Shown here: piece by piece, positions 37,760-49,005 of the stretch
Layout: each line of letters begins with the position of its first letter
How positions within the stretch are numbered: the first letter of the stretch is position 1
DNA from: Hypanus sabinus
Taxonomy: Eukaryota
Assembly: GCF_030144855.1 (NCBI RefSeq)
Contig: NC_082709.1
Coordinates: 172,670,001-172,734,000, forward strand
Length of the DNA: 64,000 nucleotides
Direction of reading: 5' to 3'
The notes under the pieces: generated by a model
Database searches by the model: none
Seen by the model: only the letters and a program-made list of their open reading frames with translations
Told to the model about the DNA's origin: nothing
Translations under genes and position numbers: made by a program

Positions 37760-38413
37760 AACGCGCAATTAACTTTTATTGAATATAATGCGCTTAATTG
37801 CATAATGGTGCTGACAACTAAGATAAAAATGTTTTGTTGATGATTCTCGTTTGTACTCAGTGTCTGAGGCTTCTCCCTTAATTGTCCAACAATATCAGCC
37901 AGCACTGAAGGATTCCGTTTCTCCAGACCGAAATGTCCCGGTGAAGCCTTTCACCACGATCGTCACTGATAGCGTCAATACTTGAAGGGAAGAAGTCTAA
38001 ATGGGAATACAGAAAACGGATCTTTAGTGACATGTTGAACTTCATGATTTAGTAGGTTTGAAGCATGTTGCCAACCAGCTGCACATAGCTTGGTAATCTG
38101 TAGTTGCCAAGAAAATTTTCAACACAACCTTGAATGTCTTCATTGCAATTTCTTCCAGTCACACCAGAAGTTCTTTGAGTTGCTCATCATTGATGACCTG
38201 TTTGATTTGTGGACCAACAAAAATGCATTCCTTAATCTTGGCATCAGTTATTCTGACTCGAATTATGAATTGATATAACAATTATAGACAATTTTTAAAA
38301 AAGAAAAATGGTGCATGATAGGGAAAGTTCATGTTGATTTTCATAATCAGCAGTCCAAATTCCATAAGATACACCCAAAAGTATTCAGGAAGCAAAATCT
38401 TTGCTGTCCAGTG
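37760..38413 (-). mobile_element. Internally deleted Chapaev-type (CMC superfamily) DNA transposon fossil
   Basis: Hand translation gives ITDAKIKECIFVGPQIK..ENFLGNY..MSLKIRFLYSHLDFFP..ISDDRGERLHRDI..YCWTIK with stops and frameshifts; terminus CACTGGAC at 38413. The superfamily label is recalled. Confidence 0.72.
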
Positions 38414-38483
38414 TTGTTGTAACCATGGGCAAACAGTGTCTCCAAAGCATTCTTTACCTCAAGAAACACAGTGCAGTGTAACA

Positions 38484-39560
38484 AAAATTACCAGGGAGGT
38501 GGATGAAGGCAAGGCAGTGGATATTGTCCACATGGACTTCAGTAAGGCCTTTGACAAAGTCTCACATGGGAGGCTGGTCAAGAAGATTCAGTCACTCAGC
38601 ATTCAGGATGAGGCAGTAAATTGGATTAGACCTTAGCCTAGTGGGAAAAGCCAGACAGTGGTTAGAAAAATTGCTTCTCTGACTGGAGGCCTGTGACTAG
38701 TGATGTGCTGGGTCCTTTGTTGTTTGTCATCTATGTTAACGATCTGGATGATGAAGTGGTTAACTGGATCAGCAAATTTGTGGATGACACCCAGATAGCG
38801 GGTGTAGTGGACTGCGAGGAAGGCTATCAAGGTTTGCAGAGGGATTTGGACCAGCTGGAAAAATGGGTTGAAAAAATGCAAATGGAATTTAATGCAGCCA
38901 AGTACAAGAGTTTGCACTTCGGTAGGACCACCAGGGTAGATCTTACACAGTGAACAGTGGGACACTGAGGAGAGCAGTAAAATAAAGAGATATGCGAATA
39001 AAGGTACATCAATTTGTTGAAAGTGAAGTCGCAGGTAGATATGTGTAAAGAAAGCTTTTGGCACATTGGCCTTCATAAATCAATGTACTGAGAATAGAAG
39101 ATGGGATGTTATGTTGAATTTGTGTAAGATATTGCTGAGGCCAAATTTGGAGTACTGTGTGCAGTTTTGGTCACCTACCTATAGGAAAGGTGTAAACAGG
39201 GTTGAAAGAGTGCAGAAAAAACTTACAAGAATGTTGCCAGGTCTGGAAGACCTGAGTTATAAGGAAAGTTTGAAAAGGTTAAGACTGTATTCCTTAGAAT
39301 GTAAAAGATCAAGGGGAGATTTGATAGAGGTATACAAACTTATGAGGGGTATAGCTAGGGTAAATGCAAGCAGGCTTTTTCCACTGAGATTGGGTGGGAC
39401 TAAAACCAGAGGTCGTGGGTTAAGGGTGAAAGGTGAGAAGTTTAAGGGGAACATGAGGGGAAACTTCTTCACTCAGAGGGTCGTGAAGGTGTGGAATGAG
39501 TTGCCAGCATAAATTGTCCATACAAGCTCGATTTCAATGTTTAAGTTTGGATAGGTAAAT
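38484..39560 (+). mobile_element. CR1-like LINE, RT region to near the 3' end
   Basis: MDFSKAFDKV, LGPLLFVIYVNDLD, ISKFVDDT, LEYCVQFWSP and NFFTQRVVKVWNELP motifs. Confidence 0.93.
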
Positions 39561-39992
39561 GGATAAACTCATTCATAAGGCCAGTGATATTGTGGGGGTG
39601 GAACTGGACTCTCTGACGGTGGTGTCTGAAAAGAGGATGCTGTCCAATTTGCATGCCATCTTGGACAATATCTCCCATCCACTCCATAATGTACTGGTTA
39701 GACACAGGAGTACATTCAGCCAGAGACTCATTCCACCAAGATGCAACACTGAGTGTCATAGGAAGTCATTCCTACCTGTGGCCATCAAACTTTACAACTC
39801 CTCCCTCGGAGTGTCAGACACCCTGAGCCAATAGGCTGATCCTGGACTTATTGCCACTTGGAATAATTTACTTATTATTATTTAATTATTTATGGTTTTG
39901 TATTGCTATATTTCTATACTATCCTTGGTTGGTGTGACTGTAACGAAACCCAATTTCCCTCGGGATCAATAAAGTATGTCTCTGTCTGTCTG
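39559..39992 (+). mobile_element. Rex1/Babar-type LINE 3' end (second subfamily)
   Basis: EKRMLSNLHAILDNISHPLH..RKSFLPVAIKLYN; AATAAA and (GTCT)n tail. Confidence 0.85.
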
Positions 39993-40003
39993 GATAGTTG
40001 GAG

Positions 40004-41045
40004 TATGGGGTACCTTATCAAATGCCTTGCTGAAATCCATATACACTACATCTGCGGCTCTATCTTCATCAATGTGTTTAGTCATATCCCCAAAAAATTC
40101 AATCAGGCTTGTAAGGCATGACCTGCCTTTGACAGAGCCATGCTGACTATTCCTAATCATATTATGCCTCTCCAAATGTTCATAAATCCTGCCTCTCAGG
40201 ATCTTCTCCATCAACTTACAAACCACTGGAAGTAAGACCCACTGGCCTATAATTTCCTGAGTTATCTCTACTCCCTTTCTTAAATAAGGGACAACATCTG
40301 CAACCCTCCAATCCTGTGGAACCTCTCCCATCCCCATTGATGTTGCAAAGATCATCCCCAGAGGCTCAGCAATCTCCTCACTTGCTTTCCACAGTAGCCT
40401 GGGGTACATCCCATCTGGTCCTGGTGACTTATCCAACTTGATGCTTTCCAAAAGCTCCAGCACATCCTCTTCCTTAATATCTACATGCTCCAGCTTTTCA
40501 GTCCACTGAAAGTCATCCCTACAATGGCCAAGATCCTTTTCTGTACTGAATACTGAAGCAAAGTACTCATTAAATACCTTTGCTATCTCCTCCTGTTCCA
40601 TACACACTTTCCCACTGTCACACTTGATTGGTCCTATTCTCTCACGTCTTATCCTCTTGCTCTTCACATACCTGTGGAATGCCTTGGGGTTTTTCTTAAT
40701 TCTGTCTGCCAAGGCCTTCTCATGGCCCCTTCTGGCTCTCCTAATTTCATTGTTAAGTTCCTTCCCACTAATCTTATAATCTTCCAGATCTCTATCATTA
40801 CCTAGTTTTTTTGAACCTTTCATAAGCACTTCTTTTCTTCTTGACTGGATTTACACCATGGTTCCTGTACCATACCATCCTTTCCCTGTCTCATTGGAAC
40901 ATACCTATGCAGAAACCCATGCAAATATCCCCTGAACATTTGCCACATTTCTTCCATATGTTTCCCTGAAAACATCTGTTTCCAATTTATGCTTCCAAGT
41001 TCCTGCCTGATAGCCTCATATTTCCCCTTACTTCGATTAAACGAG
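40004..41045 (-). mobile_element. CR1-like LINE internal ORF2 fragment
   Basis: ORF 39966-40829 reads FNEYFASVF..KSPGPDGMYPRLL..QHGSVKGRSCLTSLIEFF..YMDFSKAFDKVPH. Confidence 0.93.
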
Positions 41046-42219
41046 TAAGGGGAAATTCATTCTCTTAGACTTTCCATATTTCCTCATGACATAGGATGCC
41101 ATTTGGCCCATCAAATCTTTGCAGGCTCTGTGAGTATTCCCATTCATCCCATTCACCCATTTATTTCTTTGTAAATTATTTTCCAATCAACTCCACCCAC
41201 CTCCACACTCTCACACCCCACCAGCTCTCGGTAGTCTCCTTCCTCCTATCTGTATTTATATACATTTGGTATGCAGAAAGATTTCAGAGCATTGTACAAA
41301 CTCTATACAGCAGCACAAAGTCAAGGTTGAACTCAGATCCATTTTTTTAAAGAGAGGAACAGTGAGGAACTTTGACTTCTTTTCCTACAACATGGTACTT
41401 TTTCTCTCATTCATGTAAAATATGTCATGGTCCCTTCTGGCAATTGCCTACCTGGCTATTTACCTCAGGAATTGGGCCTCAATCACCTTGTTTACTTCCA
41501 ATCATTCCCAGGTTCCACTAACCACAAACACCTGCTTTCCATCAGCAAATGTAGTATAAAAACTCTGTGATCACAACAAGGAGCTGCCAGTTTGTTGGTT
41601 GACACCGGTGTGAGTAACCTAGTTTCATGGTTCTTAGGACTACTAGTTTTAGGTCAAGCATTGCTCCTGGATACTGATTCCACGCTCGCTATGTTAATAA
41701 TACCTCCCGACTCTGCCTCCACATCCGTGTTCTGCACTTGGGTTCGTTTCCACCACCATGTCCTTGCAACAAAATGTCAATTACTTTCTCTTGCTATAGA
41801 TACTGCCTGACATGCAGAGCATTTCCAGCAATGTCAGTTTTTATTTCAGGTTTCCACTATCTGCAGAATTTTATTCTTGTGTTTTATATATGCTCACTAT
41901 TTTCCATGAGATCAGAGCTAGGAGAAGACATAGAGTAGGAGAGCTGGGTTGTTAAGCAAAGTGATGTCAGATGGGAACGTAATCCAGACAAGTGTGAGAT
42001 AATACATTTGGTTTTGCCTTATACTGTCCATAAATGCATGTATACAGTCAACCTCAGAAGCACTGATACACAGGGGATATTTTCATAGCTCCTGTAAAAT
42101 GACAACACGGGCGGGCAGGGTAGTGAAGAAAGCATTTGGATTTTTTTGCCTTCAAAGTTACTGTAGGGATTTGAGTATGTTAAGGGACACCATGTTGCAG
42201 CTGTGCAAGATATTAGTTA

Positions 42220-42530
42220 GGGTAGCACAGTCATGCAGTGGTTAGCACATCCCTTCACAGTTCCTGGGATCATCAATCAGTGTTCAATTCCCACTGCTGG
42301 AGTTTCTATCTTCCCCTTTAACTGCATGGGTTTCCTGTGAGTGCTCTGGATTCCTCCAATATTCCAAAGATGTACAGTTTGGATTAGTAGTTGTGGGCAC
42401 GCTCTGTGCCAGAGGAGTGGTGACAATTGAGTGCTGCCCAGCACATTCCCTGTTGGTTTGATTGGATGCAAACAATGCATTTCCCTGTTTATTTTGATGT
42501 TTTGATGTATATTTGAGAAATAAAGATGGT
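42220..42530 (+). mobile_element. tRNA-derived V-SINE-like element inserted in an old CR1 fragment
   Basis: A-box/B-box-like head (GCAGTGGTTAGCAC..GTTCAATTCC) and GGGTTTCCTGTGAGTGCTCTGGATTCCTCC core. Confidence 0.7.
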
Positions 42531-44624
42531 TTAAATCACATTTTGAATACAGTGTGCATTTCTGATCATCAAACTATAGAAAGGATGGAATAGAGTGAGA
42601 AAGAGTGCAGAAGAGTTTCAAAGTTCAAAATAAATTCATTATCAAAGTACATACAGTACACATCACCATATACAACCATGAGATTCACTGTTTGCAGGCA
42701 TACTCAAAAAAATCCGATGACCATAATAGAATCAATGAAGGACTGCACCAAAAGGGCAGATGATTAGGGTGTTGTCGGGAACAGAGGGTTTTACCTTCAA
42801 GGAAGGTTCATATCGGTTGTGATTATTGTCACTGGAGTGCAGGAGGCTGAGGAATGCCCTTCTATATGTTCATAAAATCATGAACACAGATAGGGTAGAT
42901 GTGAAAGTACATATACCCATATTGAGGGTGGTGGGCATAGGGACAATCTTCCAGAAGATGTGGTAGACATAGCAATGATTACAGCATTTAAAAAGTATTT
43001 TGATAGGTACGTGGCAAGGAAGGGAAGAGAGAGATGTGTGCCAAATACAGGAAAGTGGGATTAAAGCAGATAGGTATCACAGTCTTGGACAAGTCAGATT
43101 TAAGGACTTTTCTCCTTGCTGCATGACACATTGTAACTGTAAATATAGCCAGCATATCATGTTGGACCTCTTTGTAGTTGGAAAACATTTTGGCCCAAAA
43201 TGTCGACTGTTTATTCCTTTCTATGGATATGGGTGCGGCCTGACCTGCTGAGATCCTTCAGCATTTTTAGTGTGTGTTTCTTTGGACTTCAGCATCTGCA
43301 GAATCTTTTGTGCTTACATAATTGTTCATGTCTGGCCAGGTTTGGGAATCTTAGTCCTGGTCTACCAGCTTCTCTGTTGGGTAGTTGGAAAAACTGATAA
43401 GAGAGCCAAAGATGTATTTAATACGAGACATCCCACAAAACACAAGATAGCAGCAATCATAGGTTGTACCAAAGAAGTCTTGCTAAGATTATTCAGGGCT
43501 TTGTCAACATATCATTTGGAATACTTTGTGCAGTTCTGGTCTTATATAAAGAGTGATACTGCTGCTTTAAGAATCAATGCAATGTTTCCCAGAATGATGA
43601 GGTGTCTTCTGAGGAAGGGTTGAGTAAAATTAGTCTATACTCAGTGGAAATTAGAGACTAGTAGTGAGCTTATTGAAGCAAGCAAAATTATGAGAGGGGT
43701 TGAAAAAGTGGATGTCAAAAGGCTATTTTCTCAAGCTGGAATATCTAGACCTCCATGACAAAGCCTTGCATACTGTATGTGATGAAGAAAACATTATTCA
43801 TAAGGAGGTTTGTAAAACTCTACCTCAGAAAGCAGTGAATGTTCAGTTATTGAATGCCCTCAAAGCTGAGATCAATAATTTTTTGATATACTGGGGCTAA
43901 GAGGGAAAGTGACTTAAAGCACAAGATAATCAATGACCTTATTGAATTACAGGCTGTATGACTTAAACCTGCTCCTTTTTCTTAAGTATTCAGCTTCAGA
44001 GCTTCTGCTATGTAGAGTATATCTTGCCAAATTCACCTCCCACTCATTATCTTTGAGCTACTTAATCTTACAGTTGATCATGCCATCATAAACATCAGCT
44101 GCCTAGTTTCAATGGAGACAAACCTTTCTCTGTTAAATATTTGGGCTTTTGAATGTAGCTCCATAGAACAATGATGAGAAGCTGCTTAAATTTGCATTAT
44201 TTAATAACAATTCAGCTCTTCTGCATGAACATAGCATATCAGATATGAACATATAACCTGAAAGGGCCTTTATCAATGTCACAATGACATCTCATGTGAC
44301 TTAACTGTTAGGTCTGACCCTCCTTCTCAATCTACAACCTGGATCACATTTGACCACATCATTCTCCTCAGCACCAGTCCTCCCTGGTCCATTTGCTTAG
44401 GATTGCTTTAGGCTGATACAAGGAATCACTTCAACAGATTCTTGCCTGGGTGCAATGCCACCAAATCTGGAGTCCCCAAGAATCCATCCACAGCTGCTCC
44501 CATATCTTTGTGATCAAGGGGAAAAAAGTATAGATGTTGGAGATCAGATATACAAACAGAAAATACTAAAAAAACGCTCAAATATCTATGGAGAGAGACG
44601 TAAGGCTAATTTTTCAGGTCAATG

Positions 44625-45007
44625 TGTCAGGATGTGTGCCGGCAATATCGGAACCCAAGTGCAGAGGAAATACAGACTCCAAAGTAGAGATGACAAGAGT
44701 TTATTCATAATAATTCCAAATGAACATCAGTGGCTTGGCCAAACAACACAATGAGAAGTAACATTCTCAAAACTAGGACCTCATATTAGCACTAACTGAG
44801 CATCTGCTTAAATAAAATAAGTAACACTTAAATCCCTGAGCCTATCAAGATAAATTTAAGAAGCTTAAGCAGAAAGTACCGGGAGACTGCAGTATAGCGA
44901 GAGAGTCACTCAAGAAAAACACAGGGAACTCTAAACAATCTATGACCCTCATTAAACACCAATAAACCAAATTAAGGTGCTCTATCTCTCTTGTCCACCA
45001 CGTTACA
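44625..45007. mobile_element. 383-bp solo LTR with 5-bp TSD CAATG
   Basis: TGTCAGG...CGTTACA termini; CAATG at 44620-44624 and 45008-45012. Confidence 0.8.
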
Positions 45008-45099
45008 CAATGATTTTTCCTCAAACTAGGCAAACTTAAGAGACAAGCATGGCTACAGTTGCAGAGAAGAGGGAGGAGTAGAGAAAGAAAAGGGAATGA

Positions 45100-45350
45100 A
45101 AGAGAGAGGAGGAATTTTTTCAGCCAGAGGGTGGTGAATCTATGGAATTCATTGCCACAGATGGCTGTGGAGGCCAAGTCACTGGGTATATTTAAAGTGG
45201 AGGTTGATGGGTTCTTGATTAGTTAGGACATCAAAGCTTACAGGAAGAAGGGAGAAGAATGAGGTTGAGAGGTTAAATAAATCAACCACGATCAGATGGT
45301 GGAGCAGACCCCATGGGCCAGATAAACTAATTCTGCTCTTATGTCTTATG
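45100..45350 (+). mobile_element. CR1-like LINE 3' fragment
   Basis: RRNFFSQRVVNLWNSLPQ coding remnant plus 3' UTR. Confidence 0.85.
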
Positions 45351-46349
45351 AATGTGATAAGGTAAACACCAAAAGAGATTGCAATGTAAGTGATGGTGCA
45401 GCTCGTTGGAAGAGGATGGGAAAGACTGGTTCAATGGAAATGATTTATGTGGAAGAGATGTGTAGAGAAGATGACTGAGGACAGAGGAAAGAGACACAAA
45501 ACATACAATGTTGGAACTGTGAGATGCATTTTGATATGAAATCAATCATTGCTGGAAATCAAACATGAAAGCAGGAAATGATGAAAACATCAGCAGGTCA
45601 GGCCGTATCGATGGAGAGAGAAAAAGAGTTACCCTTTCTGTTAAAGACCGTTTACCAAAATGAGAAAACAAGTTAGTTTTTAGTTGCAGAGATGGTGGGG
45701 GAGAAATAAGAGAAAAGGGTATTATCTCTGATAGGGTGGTGCCGTGGTTGCTCAGTGTTTCCAAAAACACAAGAGATTCTACAGATACTGGAGCAACAAA
45801 TGGAAAATGCAGGAGGAGCCTGTGGTTGATTCTAGTGTTTGTGAAACAACCTAGTTAGTATATCAATGTTGACAGTTTGAGAGAAAGAGAGAAGTGAAAT
45901 TCACTTCCTTTTCTTCTAATCTAATGTCCTGAAGTTCATGTACGTGATGTGCTGTGCTCTGCGGTGGAGAACCCAAATTGCGTGACAGCTTTGCAGAGCA
46001 GCCACATTCAGTCCACTGTCATGTTAACTTTTCATCCCACTCTGACCTAGCTGTGACCTTCTTCACTGTTCCTATGAAGCTCAAAATAAATTTTAGGAAT
46101 AGGATCACATCTTCTATCTCAGCATGTTGCAGCCTTTGATACACAATATCATATTCAACAGTTTTAAATAGCTCATTTCCTATGTTTCTGTTAGAAATGG
46201 CCTGATCTGTTGTAAAGCTATCCATTTGCAATCTTAAGTCAGTTCTTCTTCACAAACATTGTCAGGCATTTGTCTTTTTGATTTCAGGTTCGGTGATAAT
46301 TAAAGCACCCATTACAGCGCTTTTGTGTGTCTATTTGTTTGATTTCTTC

Positions 46350-47790
46350 CAAAGTTCAAAGTAAAACTTATTATCAGAGTACATACATGTCACCACATAC
46401 AACCCTGAGATTATTTTTCTGTGAGCATACATAGCAAATCTGTAGAGCAATAGTTGTAAATAGGATCAGTAAACATCAGGAACTATAAACTGTAAACAAA
46501 CTGTGGGAATGCAGGAAAAAATAAATAGTAATAAATAATGAACATGAAATAACAATATATTAGAGTCCTTAAATGAGTGTAGCTATCTCCTTTTGTTCAA
46601 AAGTCTGATGGTTGAGGTGTAGTAGCTGTTCTTGAACCTGGTGGTGCGAGTCCTGAGGTACCTTCTCTCTGGTGGCAGCAGCGGGAAAAGAGGATGGCCT
46701 GGGTGGTGAGGATTTTGATGATTGACGCTACTTTTCTACAACACGTTTCATATAGATGTGCTCAACGGCTGGGAGGGTTTTACCCCTGATGTACTGGGCC
46801 GAAGCCACTACCTTTTGTCGGACTTTCCACTCAAATGCATTGGTGTTCCCATACCAGGCCATAACGCAGCCAGTTGGCACACTTTCCACCACACGTCTAA
46901 AGAAGTTGGCCAAGGTTGTTGATGACATGCTGAAACTCTGCAGCCTCTTGAGGAAGCAGAATTGTGCTTCCTTCGCAATAATATTTATATGGTGCATCCA
47001 GGACAGATCTTCTGAGATAGTGACACCCAGGAATGTAAAGTTACCGACCTCTCCACCTCTGATCCTCCAATGATTACTGGCTCATGGACCTCTGGTTTCA
47101 CTCTCCTGAAGTCTATAATCTGTTCTTTGTTCTTATTGAAATTGAGTGAGAGGTTGTTATTATTACACCACTCAGCCAAGTTTTCAGTCTCCCTCCTGCA
47201 TGCTGATTTATCATCCCCTTTGATACAGCCCACAACAGTGGTGCCATCAGCAAATTTGTATATGGTGTTGGAGCTGTACTTAGCCTCACAGTCATAGGTG
47301 TAAAGTGAGTAGAGCAGGGGGTTAAGTACACATCCCTGCGGTGTTCCTGTGCTGATGGAGATTGCAGAGGAAATGCTTTTGCCAATCTGAACTCTCTGGG
47401 GTCAACCAGTGAGGAAATCCAGGATCCAACAAGTGGGTAATGAGGCTTGGAGTTCTTGGAGTTCACTAATTAGTTTTGAGGAGATAACGGTGTTAAATGC
47501 AGATCTGTAATCGATAAGGAGCATCCTGTAGTATGTGTTTTTGCTGTCCAGGTGTTACAGAGTTGTGTGAAGAGCTAATGAGGAAGCATCTGCTGTGACC
47601 TGTTGCTTCGGTAGGCAAATTGGAGCAGATTCAAGTCACCATTCAGACAGGAGCTGATATGTTACAACACCAGCCTTCACCACTGTCGATTTAAGTGCCA
47701 CTAGGCAATAGTCAACTGGTACAACTGAAGACCGCTTGAAGCAGTTGGGTGCCATCCACTGCTGGAGCAAGAGGTTGAAGGTATCTGTCA
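46350..47790 (-). mobile_element. Rex1/Babar-type LINE, RT region to 3' end (decayed)
   Basis: FTGVLTDTFNLLL, YKFADGTTVVG, ENLAEWCNNNNLSLN and WYGNTNA remnants; TTTGAACTTTG tail. Confidence 0.88.
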
Positions 47791-48299
47791 ATACACCTGT
47801 AAATGTATTTTCTGAAAGGGAACTCACTGATCAATTAAACAAGGCTCCATAACACCTAGATTGCTCCCGACCCCTCCATCCCTTCTGCATCATAAAGCTT
47901 CTTCTCATTTTCTTTGTCTTCTCATTTTCCAAGTTTTGATCTGAATCTTCAATTTTTTTCTTTCTTATCATAGATTCAGCCTGAACTTCCGAGTGGTTTC
48001 AGCTATTTTTATTTCTGCTCTGTAAAGAACTGGACAATTTGGTTGCCTGAAGTTGTTGAACTCAATATCAAGTCCAATTAAATGTTTTGTTGGCAAAGTG
48101 GCAAACAACCTGTTGGAAGAACTCACTTCTTCCAACATTAGACTTTGAGCTGAAACATTGAAAATTATTTTTGTACCACAGGTGCTACCAGACCTGCCAT
48201 GCTCTTCTTGCAGATTGTATGAGACAAATGATATTTAAATTATATTTTCCTCTTGAGCACCTCCAGTCCTTCACCTTTCTTTATTAGAACACAGAATAT

Positions 48300-48950
48300 T
48301 ACAGACTTACAAAAAAGCTGGATGAACTCAGCAGGTCGGGCAGCAACCGTTGAAAGGAGCAGTCAACGTTTCGGGTCGAGACCCTTCATCAGGACTAAAG
48401 AAGGAGGGGGCAGGGACCCTATAAAGAAGGTTGGGGGAGAGTGGAAAACCAATCAGCGGAAAGATCAAGGGGCGGGGGAGGGGAAGCAGGGAGAGGATAG
48501 GCAGGAGAGGTGAAGAAGGAATCTAAGGGGAAAGCACTATGGATAGTAGAAGAAGGCAGAGTCATGAGGGGTGATATATAGCTAGAAGAGGAGACAGAGT
48601 TGAGCTGGGATGGGGGAAGGGAGAGGGAGGGAATTACCGGAAGTTGGAGAATTCGATGTTCATACCAAGGGGCTGGAGACTACCCAGACGGTAGGTGAGA
48701 TGTTGTTCCTCCGACCGAAGTTTGGCCTCATCATGGCAGTAGAGGAGGCCATGTATGGAGATATCCGAATGGGAATGTGAAGGAGAGTTGAAGTGGGTGG
48801 CAACCGGGAAATCCTGTCTGTTGTGGCGGACGGAGTGTAGGTGCTCGACGAAGTGGTCCCCCAATCTGCATCGGGTCTCACCGATGTGGAGGAGGCCACA
48901 CCAGGAGCACTGGATGCAATAGATGACCCCAACAGACTCACAAATGCAAC
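48300..48950 (-). mobile_element. Penelope-like element 3' part: GIY-YIG endonuclease ORF remnant, 3' UTR and terminal repeat
   Basis: GVIYCIQCSWCGLLHIGETRCRLGDHFVEH..PVATHFN..EEQHL..LGSLQPLGMN with stop at 48634. Confidence 0.9.
48360..48397 (-). ncRNA. Minimal type-I hammerhead ribozyme motif
   Basis: Minus strand reads UAGUC-CUGAUGA-A-GGGU(CUCG)ACCC-GAAA-CG-UU-GACUG: complete core, stem I, stem II, palindromic ACGU stem III and a GUU cleavage triplet. Confidence 0.8.
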
Positions 48951-49005
48951 CGGTGCTCCCGGTGCGCCCTCCTCTACATCGGCGAGAAACAAAACTGGGA
49001 GAAGT

